Shown: positions 19,913-30,914 of the stretch, piece after piece | Numbering within the stretch: the stretch's first letter is position 1 | Layout: every line of letters starts with the position of its first letter | Source: Trueperaceae bacterium | Lineage (GTDB): Bacteria > Deinococcota > Deinococci > Deinococcales > Trueperaceae | DNA: 64,000 bases | Reading direction: 5' to 3' | NCBI GenBank assembly: GCA_965213705.1 | Contig: OZ243913.1 | Coordinates: 3,552,001-3,616,000, forward strand | Translations under genes and position numbers: made by a program | Notes under the pieces: generated by a model | Databases searched by the model: none | The model's input: the letters and a program-made list of their open reading frames with translations, nothing else | Told to the model about the DNA's origin: nothing

Positions 19913-20083
19913 AGCCTGATGCGTCACACGTCCGACAAAACGTTCCACTCGAGCACGCGCACGAAGCTGACGTAAACTTTGCCTAGCATCATCGGAAGGT
20001 GAAAGTCGCCACAGGCTGACCTTGGCGGAGGGCGACGGCGCGGTGGGGCTCGAGGCGAACATCGACCATAACCGAATGCTAAC

Positions 20084-20111
20084 AAAAAGAGGCGACCCGG
20101 AGGCCGCCTCT
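20084..20111 (-). terminator. groL intrinsic terminator
   Basis: AAGAGGCG...CGCCTCTT stem with a T-run on the minus strand. Confidence 0.8.
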
Positions 20112-20151
20112 TGATTTAGCGTTGGTGCGTTCGGGCTTTCTCGAACTTCGT

Positions 20152-21885
<1,734 letters not shown>

Positions 21886-21943
21886 TCAGTTCTTGGTTGC
21901 TGGTTAAGGTCTAAGAACTGAAAGCTGACAACGAATGACTTTT

Positions 21944-22246
21944 TTAGCCTACGACCGCGTGGATGTCGCGCTCGCTCAAAATCATCAGGTCTTTGCCGTC
22001 CAGGGTGAGTTCGGTGCCGCCGTACTTGGCGAACATGACCGTGTCGCCCTCTTTAACTTCCAACGCGACGCGCTCGCCGTTGTCGAGCATTTTGCCCGTG
22101 CCGACCGCGATGACCTTGCCGCGCTGGCTTTTCTCTTTTGCAGTGTCGGGTAAGACGATGCCGCTGCTCGTTTTTTGGGGCTCGTCGATGACTTCGACGA
22201 CGACTTTGTCACCGAGCGGTTTGAGCGTCATAGTGCTTGCTGCCAT
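21944..22246 (-). CDS. groS: co-chaperonin GroES
   Basis: [27 protein letters not shown]. Confidence 0.99.
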   Translation of the reverse strand: MAASTMTLKPLGDKVVVEVIDEPQKTSSGIVLPDTAKEKSQRGKVIAVGTGKMLDNGERVALEVKEGDTVMFAKYGGTELTLDGKDLMILSERDIHAVVG

Positions 22247-22282
22247 AGTTTACCTCCGTGGGATGTTTTGATGTTTGGGTTT

Positions 22283-22309
22283 TTAGCACTCTTTATGTCC
22301 GAGTGCTAA
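22283..22309. promoter_or_regulatory. CIRCE operator (HrcA)
   Basis: perfect TTAGCACTC-N9-GAGTGCTAA upstream of groS. Confidence 0.97.
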
Positions 22310-22318
22310 CCGCCGACC

Positions 22319-22348
22319 AGTCTAGCTCAGTCGAACCTCAGGTGTCAA
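22319..22348 (-). promoter_or_regulatory. sigma70-type groSL promoter
   Basis: TTGACA-N18-TAGACT on the minus strand immediately upstream of CIRCE. Confidence 0.75.
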
Positions 22349-22352
22349 GTAC

Positions 22353-22373
22353 CTTGAGTCTAAAACACTCATG
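22353..22373. promoter_or_regulatory. HAIR operator (HspR)
   Basis: CTTGAGT-N7-ACTCATG, one mismatch to CTTGAGT-N7-ACTCAAG, abutting the -35 box. Confidence 0.8.
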
Positions 22374-22409
22374 TTTTGTTGGTCTTACCTCAACCCGTGT
22401 CGGCGTCCG

Positions 22410-22886
22410 CTAACCGCGCCTGAGCCCGAGAACGAGACCGGGCACGAACGCCGCGGCGAAGGTGAGGTTGTAGGTGAGAACGTTGACGAGGCCCTGCCAC
22501 AAACGTTCCAACGAACCGCTGTCGAGGAGCGGGTCGACCCGATTTTGGACCTCCAACCAGTCAATGGTCACAAAACCGTAGTAGGCGAGTACCTGCAGCG
22601 CGACAAACAACAAGCCCAAAACAACGGCGGCAAGCTTGCCGACTTTCTTGAGTGCGTACCCGGCCGCAAACCCCGCCAGCGCGCCGAAACTGAGCTGCTG
22701 CAAGTAAGGCGCAGCGCTTTCCAGACTCGGGGCTGTCAGAGATGGGGTTGCTGGAGACGGGGTTTTCGGCGTCGACGTTGTCAAAGTCGACGTTATCAAA
22801 GTCGGTGTTGTCAAGGCCAGCATTGAGGTTGACGCTGTCAGGGTTTGAAGTGCCAGGGTTTGAAGTGTCAGGGTCGGCACAGCCAC
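22410..22886 (-). CDS. FUN14-family membrane protein with low-complexity N-terminus
   Basis: QLSFGALAGFAAGYALKKVGKLAAVVLG...LQVLAYYGFVTIDW; start uncertain. Confidence 0.85.
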   Translation of the reverse strand: MAVPTLTLQTLALQTLTASTSMLALTTPTLITSTLTTSTPKTPSPATPSLTAPSLESAAPYLQQLSFGALAGFAAGYALKKVGKLAAVVLGLLFVALQVLAYYGFVTIDWLEVQNRVDPLLDSGSLERLWQGLVNVLTYNLTFAAAFVPGLVLGLRRG

Positions 22887-23129
22887 CGCGGGAGTCTAAC
22901 ACACCGGGGCCTGAGCACAGGATTTGAAGTACAGAGTTTGAAGTGCGGAGTTTAACCGCAGGGTGCGACGCAACTCAAACCAGCTTTGGAACACCAATTA
23001 GAACACCAAGGTGTCGTTCCGGCTGAGCCGGTTCCCGTCGCAGCGAGTGCGGTATCATGCTTTTTAGAGACGGTTGCTACGGGCTGGTTTTGAGAAACGG
23101 CCCGGCTGCCGAGTCAAGAGGAGACGAAC

Positions 23130-24311
23130 GTGACGGATACCCCCCAAACAGACACGGCGCTGGGGCGTGACCGCCGACTCGCCGATGTTTTACGCGGCGC
23201 GCGGCAGGCCAAGGGCTGGGAACTCAGTGACGTCGCTACGCGCACCCATGTTCGCAAAGAGTACCTGGCCGCTTTGGAAGAAGCGCGTTACGATAGTTTG
23301 CCCGAAGACATCTACGCCAAAAACTTCGTTCGGCTTTACGCGCAAGCGGTCGGCGTGCCGACGGCAAAAGCGCTCGAGCTGTACACCGTAGAGCGGCGCG
23401 GGGCCAGCGTACCCACGCTGCCCAACAGCTCGAGCGGCGAAGGCAAACTCGAAGCCGAAACCGACCGGGCCGAAGCGGCGCCGCGCCCGGCAACGTCCCG
23501 TCCGGCAGCCAAGCGCCGCGACCGGCCCGGTCTGGCCGTCGGCGCTTGGCTGCCCACGCTTCTCCTCGTTGTCGCCGTGGTGGGGTTGGCGTTGTGGGGG
23601 TTCAACAACCTGCTGTTTCGACCCACCCGGCAAGCGCCGCCGGTTGCCGACACCGCCGAAACCACCACCGAAACCACCGACGCCGACGCCCCGGCGGCGG
23701 ACACGATGGGCGACCTCGGGGCCGCCGGCGCCGACGCGGGTACCGAGTCGCCGGCCACCGGGTCGCCGGAAGGCGTTCCCCTGGTCGACGAGTCGTTGTC
23801 GCTCTTTACCCTGACGACCGACCCGCCCGGCGCGGAAGTGACGCTGGACGGCTTTCCGCTGCCCGGCACGACGCCTATCAGCGGACAACCCTTGACGCCC
23901 GGCGTCGGGCGCACGCTGCGCGTCACCTTGCCCGGCTATGAGACCTACGAAGCACCTATCGACGTGTCGAACGACCTGCGCTTGAGCGTCACCCTGACGC
24001 CGGTCGGCGCGGCGGAGAGCGAGACCGAAGCCGACGCGGGGGCCGTAGCGGGTGCGGAGACGGCCGTCCCGGGTCAGCTCACGGTCAACGTCGACGACAC
24101 GACCTGGTTGGAGGCCTACGCGAGCACCCAGCGCGGCGTCGGTGAGCGGCTCGTCTACACCACCGTCCAACCCGGCGCGACTTTTACTTTCGACTTACCC
24201 GTGTACCTGCATACCGGCAACGCCGCGGGCGTGCTCGTGACCAGGGACGGGCAGGACCTGGGACCGATGGGCTCAAGCGGCGAGGTCGTCAGCCGCGCCT
24301 ACCTCCCGTGA
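23130..24311 (+). CDS. RodZ-like protein (Xre HTH, TM, PEGA-like and DUF4115-like domains)
   Basis: LRGARQAKGWELSDVA...YLAALEE...YAKNFVRLYA; TM; TTDPPGAEVTLDG; GNAAGV. Confidence 0.82.
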   Translation: MTDTPQTDTALGRDRRLADVLRGARQAKGWELSDVATRTHVRKEYLAALEEARYDSLPEDIYAKNFVRLYAQAVGVPTAKALELYTVERRGASVPTLPNSSSGEGKLEAETDRAEAAPRPATSRPAAKRRDRPGLAVGAWLPTLLLVVAVVGLALWGFNNLLFRPTRQAPPVADTAETTTETTDADAPAADTMGDLGAAGADAGTESPATGSPEGVPLVDESLSLFTLTTDPPGAEVTLDGFPLPGTTPISGQPLTPGVGRTLRVTLPGYETYEAPIDVSNDLRLSVTLTPVGAAESETEADAGAVAGAETAVPGQLTVNVDDTTWLEAYASTQRGVGERLVYTTVQPGATFTFDLPVYLHTGNAAGVLVTRDGQDLGPMGSSGEVVSRAYLP

Positions 24312-24436
24312 CGAGTTGTGCGGACAAGATCTCGGCCCACACTGTTTTGTACACCGTCTTACCCACTGTCTTGCACACCGTTTTACACGCCGTCTTGGCT
24401 CCACCGACGTGTACACAATTGTCGGGAAGTGCCTGA

Positions 24437-25594
24437 GTGGTCTGGTCGCTCGCCCTGAGTTCGCTGCGGCTGCGCCCGCTGCGCACCTTTTTGACCGCGC
24501 TCGGCATCGCGGTTGCGGTCGGCTCGATGGTGATTTTTCTGTCGCTCGGCGAAGGGCTGCGCCAAGCTTTCACAGAGCAAATCGGCAGCATCGGGCCGGA
24601 CTTGCAGGTTAGTTACGGCCCCTTCGACACGACGAGTTCGCTGACCTCGGTGCCCGAACTGCCGCTCAGCTACGTGGACGAACTCTATGCTAGGGCCGAC
24701 GAGTTCGGCATTCTTAAGGTCGTGCCGCTGCTGTTTTACGTCCGGGCCGGGTTCAGCGCCAGAGGTTCGTTCGTGTTCGAGGGCTTGCCGCCCGGCGAAA
24801 ACGTCGGCGACATCTACTACGACTACAAGGTTTTGGAAGGCCGCGGGCTGAACGCGGCGGACGAAACCGCGGGCGTCGCCGTCATCGGCAAGCAAGTCGC
24901 CGTGCGCAGCAACCTCACCCTCGGCGAAACCCTGCGGCTCAACCCGCGCCACAGCTTCGAAATCGTCGGCGTCGCCGAGTCCGAGGGCGGGCTCGTCGAC
25001 AACGCGATTTTGGTGCCCCTCAAAGCTCTACAAGCAGCTATCGACATAGACGACCGCGTAACGTTTCTGGCCCTCGACCTCACCGAGCCGGGGGCGGCGG
25101 CGGCGACGGCCGAAAAGTTGGCGGCGGCGTTTCCCGACCTCGGCTTTCAAACGCGGGGCGACGTGTTGGGCGTGCTCGAGCAGGGCGTGCGCATCACCGA
25201 CGTGGTGCGCTTAGGCATCAGCGCGATTGCCTTGATTGTCGGCGCGATTGCCGTCGCCAACACCATGCTGATGAGCGTGTTCGAGCGTACCAGGGAGTTC
25301 GGCGTGGTGCGCGCGGTCGGGGCGAAACCGGGCTTTTTATTCCGGCTGGTGCTCACCGAAGCCGTGGTGCTGAGCCTGTTGGGCGCGGTCGCCGGGGTGG
25401 TGTTGGGACGGCTCGGCATGGTGGTCGTCAACGACATCGCGCGGGGGCTTATCGGCCTCGCGGTCGCCGCGCTGACCCCGCGGCTGGTGCTGTTTTCGGT
25501 CGCGGTCGCGTTTGCGATGGGTTTGGTGTCCGGGCTGTTGCCCGCTTTTCGGGCGGCGCGCATTCCGGTCGCTGTAGCGATGGCTAGAGAGTAG
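24437..25594 (+). CDS. ABC transporter permease (MacB/FtsX family)
   Basis: RPLRTFLTALGIAVAV, NTMLMSVFERTREFGVVRAVGA. Confidence 0.92.
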   Translation: MVWSLALSSLRLRPLRTFLTALGIAVAVGSMVIFLSLGEGLRQAFTEQIGSIGPDLQVSYGPFDTTSSLTSVPELPLSYVDELYARADEFGILKVVPLLFYVRAGFSARGSFVFEGLPPGENVGDIYYDYKVLEGRGLNAADETAGVAVIGKQVAVRSNLTLGETLRLNPRHSFEIVGVAESEGGLVDNAILVPLKALQAAIDIDDRVTFLALDLTEPGAAAATAEKLAAAFPDLGFQTRGDVLGVLEQGVRITDVVRLGISAIALIVGAIAVANTMLMSVFERTREFGVVRAVGAKPGFLFRLVLTEAVVLSLLGAVAGVVLGRLGMVVVNDIARGLIGLAVAALTPRLVLFSVAVAFAMGLVSGLLPAFRAARIPVAVAMARE

Positions 25595-25727
25595 TGCGGC
25601 CCGGCTTGTTACGCCGCACGTGTTTTGGTTGCGGTTCTCGCTTTTTGCGACGGCCCAAAAACGGCTTCGGTACGGCGCTCGTGATGGCGCAGTCGCGGAG
25701 TTGCTGTTTTTGGCGCAAGGTTGAGTC

Positions 25728-26408
25728 ATAAGCCGCGCCGACCTGCTTCGCGCCGAAAGTTTGAGCAAAACCTACCTGTCCCCGGCGGGCAAGGTGGTCG
25801 CGCTCGAGGCTTTTTCCTATACCTTTGCAGCAGGCCGGGTCGTCGCCGTCATGGGGCCGTCGGGCTCGGGCAAGTCGACGCTACTCAACTTGCTCGCCGG
25901 TCTGGACACGCCGAGCGGGGGGCGGGTGTGGCTCGGCGACGCCGACCTGACCGCGCTGCCCGAAAGAGCGCGGGCCGAGGTGCGCCTGCACAAAATCGGT
26001 TTCGTGTTTCAGTCGTTCAACCTCGTCACGGTTTTAAACGCGCAACAAAACGTCGCTTTTCCGCTGGGTTTGGCAGGCGTCGAAAAGCGGCAGAGGACGG
26101 CGCGGGCTGTAAAGTTGCTGACGCGCTTCGGGCTCGAGCACCGCACCGCTCACCTACCTTACAAACTTTCAGGCGGCGAGAAGCAGCGCGTCGCCCTGGC
26201 GCGGGCGCTCGCCAACAACCCGGACGTCGTCTTCGCCGACGAGCCCACCGGCAACCTGGACTCCAAAAGTGGCGCAAGCGTCCTCGCGGCGCTGCGCTCG
26301 GTTGCCGACGAAGGGCGTACCGTCATCATCGTCACCCACGACGCGGGCGTAGCGGACTTGGCGGACGAAACCATCCAACTTCGCGACGGCCGCCGGGTCG
26401 ACCCTTAG
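25728..26408 (+). CDS. ABC transporter ATP-binding protein
   Basis: GPSGSGKST, LSGGEKQRV, DEPTGNLD; start uncertain (see finding). Confidence 0.92.
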   Translation: MSRADLLRAESLSKTYLSPAGKVVALEAFSYTFAAGRVVAVMGPSGSGKSTLLNLLAGLDTPSGGRVWLGDADLTALPERARAEVRLHKIGFVFQSFNLVTVLNAQQNVAFPLGLAGVEKRQRTARAVKLLTRFGLEHRTAHLPYKLSGGEKQRVALARALANNPDVVFADEPTGNLDSKSGASVLAALRSVADEGRTVIIVTHDAGVADLADETIQLRDGRRVDP

Positions 26409-26668
26409 GTTCCGTCGCCCGTTTCGGCCCACCTGCCAGGCTTTTTACCGTGTCACACGCGAGAACCGAGGAGCGTGGCGAGGTACGGGGACCGACCTGG
26501 GTTTGCCACAAGCCAGGACGGGTTTCTCGGAGCACAAAACATCGACTCAACCCGACCCAACCCGACAAGGAAGAGTGCGGCTTAAAACTCACCTCCAACC
26601 CCAACACCGGCTGACTTGGAAATTAAAAAAGCCCGACAAGACGCGGCGCTGTAAGCTATGCTGGACGC

Positions 26669-27955
26669 ATGAACGTCGCCAATCGGTTCGTCCACGTCGT
26701 CCTCTGCTCGAGCCTGCTTTTGGCTCTTGCTCAGGTTCAGGTTGCTCAGGCCCAGTTCGCCCAACCCCAAACCGCCCCGCAAACTGTCTCGCCCGAAACC
26801 CGGAGTGCCGTGGACATTTTCGTGAGGGCCTTCAACATGGGTGACAAGGCGACGCTCGCGGCGCTTTACCCCAGGGCCACGGGCGACACACTGCCTTTTG
26901 CAAATGCCCTGGGCAACGTTCAAATCGACCCCGACTCGGTCAGCATCGCCGAAGCTGTGTCGGGCAGCGCGCTGGTGCGCTTCGACTACCTGAATGACGA
27001 GGGCGCACGCACGCCGGGCACGCTCACGGTCGAGCGGTTGCAGGACGGGCGGCCGGTCGTTTGGGAACTGGGACCCGAACTGGCGTCGCTGGCCGCCCCG
27101 GCGGCGGGCTGGTCCAGCTGGAGCCCTTTGCTGCGGCGAGCTTTGGTCATCCTCGGCATCCCCGTCTTTTTGAGCTTGCTGTTCTTCGTTGGCGCGTTTC
27201 TTTACGGCCTTGTCCAGGAAGTCGTCTCACCGTCGGACGCTCGCCCGGACCCCAAAATCCGCTACGTGAACAAGCGCGAGTTTGAACCGTCGGTCTTAAA
27301 CTGGCTGCTCTCAGTCGTCGCTATTTATAAGGTGATGTGGGTCAACGTCATCGACCGCCTGCTGGACGACGAGGACATCGAACAAACCTTCAACAAGCGC
27401 GAGGTGTTGCAAAACGACTGGGGCGTTTATAACCGTCAGGACCTGCTGTCCGCCCTTATGGACTTGTACCACGAGGGCCACCGCCCGTCCATCCGGCAGG
27501 TTCAGGCGGAGAACCCGGTGTACCCGCAGGCCGACCCGCTCGCCTGGGACCTGGTGCGCTACCTCATGCTCTGCGCGGTCGGCGCGTCCATCAAGTACAT
27601 CGAGCCGGAAGAAGCGCACATGCTGATGTTGCCGGCGGGTAGAGCCCTGCAAGCGAGTTACGACAGCTGGGCCGACATGGCCGACGGCTTCTTGACCGGG
27701 CGCGCCGTGTGGTTGGGCAGACAGGGCGGCGGCGAAAAAAGCGAGTCGGAAATCGTCATGGAGAAAACCGTCAAGCTTTTGAAAACGGACGCCAAAAGTC
27801 CTTGGCAACGCGTCCCCTGGACCTTCCCCCTGCCCGAAGCGAATACCGAGACCTTCTTTACGCGCGTCTCGGAGAGCTACCTCAGTTACTACGCCCACCG
27901 CGACGAGCAAGACGACCCGCTGCCGACCACGCCGGAGGAGCGCACGGTAAATTGA
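26669..27955 (+). CDS. membrane protein with C-terminal DUF1266-like domain
   Basis: signal peptide, central TM, LQNDWGV...AWDLVR...YDSWADMADGFLTGRAVW...SPWQRVPW. Confidence 0.72.
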   Translation: MNVANRFVHVVLCSSLLLALAQVQVAQAQFAQPQTAPQTVSPETRSAVDIFVRAFNMGDKATLAALYPRATGDTLPFANALGNVQIDPDSVSIAEAVSGSALVRFDYLNDEGARTPGTLTVERLQDGRPVVWELGPELASLAAPAAGWSSWSPLLRRALVILGIPVFLSLLFFVGAFLYGLVQEVVSPSDARPDPKIRYVNKREFEPSVLNWLLSVVAIYKVMWVNVIDRLLDDEDIEQTFNKREVLQNDWGVYNRQDLLSALMDLYHEGHRPSIRQVQAENPVYPQADPLAWDLVRYLMLCAVGASIKYIEPEEAHMLMLPAGRALQASYDSWADMADGFLTGRAVWLGRQGGGEKSESEIVMEKTVKLLKTDAKSPWQRVPWTFPLPEANTETFFTRVSESYLSYYAHRDEQDDPLPTTPEERTVN

Positions 27956-28142
27956 CGCCGGCAGTTCGGTGAGTGGGTCAGGGCTTTGTTGCGCCTCGTT
28001 TAAAACCTCCCCAATCCGAAGGGCGACCTTTTGAAAAGAGGCAAGTTCAAAAGCGGTAGGGTCTTAACCTTAAGTCGAGGAGCCAAACCAACACCCTCCC
28101 AGCTCGAGAACCCGTCACGCTCCCGAAAGGCGCGGTAAACTT

Positions 28143-28841
28143 GTGTGTGACACCGACTCGCGCACCTGCACCCACGACCCCGTGAACGAGTATTTTTTCT
28201 ACGACGACGTAAGCCCGGCGCAGATGGACACCCTGTGGGCGGGCGGCTGGCGGCACTTCGGGAGTTACTTTTTCCGCTACTCGAGCACGCAGCAAGAGGG
28301 CCGCACCTTTGCCGTTCTCCCGCTCCGTATGCGGCTGAGCGCGTTCGCAGCCAGCCGCAGCCAAACGAAAACCCTGAAACGCAACGCCGACCTGGAGGTG
28401 CGCGTCGTTCCCGCCTACGTCGACGCGGAGGTCGAAGCCTTGTTCGAACACCACAAAACGCGCTTTACCCACAACGTGCCTGAGTCCATCTACAGCTTCG
28501 TGTCGCACGAGCCCGACGAAGTGCCGTGCAGGTGCGTGAGCCTGTGCCTCTTCAAAGACGGGCGGCTCGTCGGCATCAGCTATCTCGGCGTGGGAAAGAC
28601 CGCCAGCTCGAGCGTCTACCAGTGCTTTGACCCCGAGGAGACGAAACGCAGCCTCGGCAACCTGATGATTTTGCTGAGCGTCGAGCACTCGCACTCTCTC
28701 GGCAAGACGCTTTACTACCCCGGCTACGCCTACAAAGAGCCGTCCCACTACGACTACAAGAAGAATTTTGCGGGGCTCGAGGCCTACGACTGGAAAACGG
28801 GAACATGGCCCCCGCTGCCGCGCTCCGGCGGGCAAGGATGA
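28143..28841 (+). CDS. ATE-family aminoacyl-tRNA--protein transferase (Bpt-like)
   Basis: LWAGGWRHFG, PLRMRLSAF...SRSQ...LKRN, SSVYQCFDP...RSLG, YYPGY. Confidence 0.85.
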   Translation: MCDTDSRTCTHDPVNEYFFYDDVSPAQMDTLWAGGWRHFGSYFFRYSSTQQEGRTFAVLPLRMRLSAFAASRSQTKTLKRNADLEVRVVPAYVDAEVEALFEHHKTRFTHNVPESIYSFVSHEPDEVPCRCVSLCLFKDGRLVGISYLGVGKTASSSVYQCFDPEETKRSLGNLMILLSVEHSHSLGKTLYYPGYAYKEPSHYDYKKNFAGLEAYDWKTGTWPPLPRSGGQG

Positions 28842-28897
28842 CGAGGCTGGGTTCGGCAGTTGACGGTCGGCAGACTGCGCAGCCATTATCCTGAACC

Positions 28898-29485
28898 ATG
28901 AGACTCTTTTTAACCGCTTCTCTCCTGCTCTTCGGTCTTGTGACGGCCCAGACCTCTTATGAACTGAAAGTTTTCGTCAACGGCGAGCCGGTCAGCTGGA
29001 CACTTGCGGACGGAGACAAGAGTGGCGAGGCTCTATCCGACGGTTTCACCACCGACCGGGACGCGGTGACCGTGTTTTTCGACGGCGGCAAGCTGGACCT
29101 CAACCTCGCCGACTGGGGCGCTTTCGACTACGCCCACGTGCTCGGCGCGACCTTTACCCAAACCGCGGCGGACACCTATACTGTGAGCGCCACCGTCCGC
29201 CACGACGACATGGGCTGGGACGACTACGCCGACGCCTTCGAAGTCAGAGGCGAACGAGTTGAAAACGGCCTGCGCGAACTCTTGCACCCGCACGTCGAGG
29301 AACAACCCTTTACGCGCTCTCAGACGGGTGTGGAAGCGTCGGGAGAGGTGTGGCTCGAGGCGAAAACGAATGTTACAGGCTCGGGCGGGAGCAAAATTTA
29401 CGTCCACTTACCAGTTTTTGAGCAAACAACCTTTGCACAAGCAGACAGCGTCCAAATCACTTACGAACTGACAACGTTGCCTTAG
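28898..29485 (+). CDS. secreted hypothetical protein
   Basis: signal peptide; ATVRHDDMGWDDYADAFEV...RELLHPHVEEQPFTRS conserved-looking block. Confidence 0.7.
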   Translation: MRLFLTASLLLFGLVTAQTSYELKVFVNGEPVSWTLADGDKSGEALSDGFTTDRDAVTVFFDGGKLDLNLADWGAFDYAHVLGATFTQTAADTYTVSATVRHDDMGWDDYADAFEVRGERVENGLRELLHPHVEEQPFTRSQTGVEASGEVWLEAKTNVTGSGGSKIYVHLPVFEQTTFAQADSVQITYELTTLP

Positions 29486-29566
29486 GCGGTGTGACGAGGT
29501 ACAGGCGTCATCGCGAAAGGGGCCGGGTTCGCCTAAACTGGTCGAAATCCTCTTGGAGTCTCGCCC

Positions 29567-30862
29567 ATGAGCCCCAGCTCCCCGTCGTCCAACTTCCCCT
29601 CGAGCGCGTCCGAAGCCTCACAACTTTGCCCGGCTTGCCAGGCGGTCTTGACCCTCGTCCCGGACTATCGCGTGTGGTGCGACCGCTGTGACTGGAACTT
29701 GCAGACGTCCGCCGAAAAGGTGGCCCTTTCGTCCCCGTTTGACAAGCTCTACCACAAGCTGAGCCAACGCTACGGCGAAACCCTCTTCAAAACCCTGACG
29801 CACACCCCGAACTTGCGACGGCCGTTCACGGTCGCCCGCCTCGTCACCTTCTTGCTCGCCACGCTGGTTCACGTCTTGTCCATAGGTTTGGTAGCGGTGG
29901 GGGTTTGGCTGCTTGCCCGGCACGGCACCAACCTGTTCGCCCTGTTCGGCAGTTTGGTGAGTTTTTGCCTGGCCTGGTTTGCGCGACCTAGGCTGGGCAA
30001 AATGCCCGAGGACCACGCCGAGCCGAGCGCGTTCCCGACCCTCTACAAGGTAACGCGCGAGGTCAGCGAAGCGCTTTCAACCACCGACGTTGCGGTGATT
30101 GAGATAAGTCCTTACTTCAACGCCAGCTTTAGACAAGTGGGGCTGAGGCAGAAAAAGGTGTTGAGTTTGGGTGCGCCGCTCCTCGCCGTTCTCAGCAGTG
30201 ACGAAATCGTCGCCCTGATAGCTCACGAACTGGCACACGGCGTCAACGGCGACCCGTTGCGCGGTCTTTACGTCGGCACCGCCGTCAACACGCTGTCGAA
30301 CTGGCACGACCTTTTGCACCCGCATACCCTGATAGGGAGTCCTATCGAAATCTTCATTTTGCCGCCGCGGCTCGTTTTCTACGGCCTGGCGAAAGCGTGC
30401 GAGGCGGTTGCGAACCTGATGTTGACCTTTTCCTGGCAAGACTCTCAGCGCGCCGAGTACTTGGCGGACTATCTCGCCGCCGGCGTCAGTGGCAGTGAAG
30501 CTCAACTCGGCGTGCTCGGAAAGCTTGCCTTCGGAGCGACGTTCCAAACGACGGCGCAGCAGTTCGCCTTGGGCCGACAAGACGGCGGCGACCTTTTCAA
30601 GGTGTTCGCCGAGAACGCGGCCAAGCTGCCCGAACGCGAACGGGTGCGTTTGCAGCGGCTCGAGCGCTTGCCCAGTTCGCGCGTCGACACGACGCACCCG
30701 CCGACCGTGTACCGCATCGACTTTCAAACCGCCCGCCCTCAAACGGCAAAAGTTCGGCTGTCCCCCGAAGAGGCGGCGGCGCTGAGCCAAGAGCTGAGCC
30801 GCGCCTATCCCAAACTGCAGAAACGACTCATCGACGCTTTCCGGGCGAGTCTGTACCGCTAA
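29567..30862 (+). CDS. M48-family (HtpX-like) zinc metalloprotease with N-terminal Zn-ribbon
   Basis: FNA, IAHELAH, QRAEYLAD, TTHPP; CPAC...WCDRC. Confidence 0.9.
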   Translation: MSPSSPSSNFPSSASEASQLCPACQAVLTLVPDYRVWCDRCDWNLQTSAEKVALSSPFDKLYHKLSQRYGETLFKTLTHTPNLRRPFTVARLVTFLLATLVHVLSIGLVAVGVWLLARHGTNLFALFGSLVSFCLAWFARPRLGKMPEDHAEPSAFPTLYKVTREVSEALSTTDVAVIEISPYFNASFRQVGLRQKKVLSLGAPLLAVLSSDEIVALIAHELAHGVNGDPLRGLYVGTAVNTLSNWHDLLHPHTLIGSPIEIFILPPRLVFYGLAKACEAVANLMLTFSWQDSQRAEYLADYLAAGVSGSEAQLGVLGKLAFGATFQTTAQQFALGRQDGGDLFKVFAENAAKLPERERVRLQRLERLPSSRVDTTHPPTVYRIDFQTARPQTAKVRLSPEEAAALSQELSRAYPKLQKRLIDAFRASLYR

Positions 30863-30914
30863 CGTCTCTCAGGATGCCACCGGGCACAACCTTAAAACTA
30901 TCCAGTAAAAGCGT

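Noticed and set aside
19913..20080. Possible Deinococcus radiation/desiccation response motif (…ACGTAA) or ORF remnant after vapC
   Set aside because: Only a half-site match, not positioned at a promoter, and no supportable ORF.
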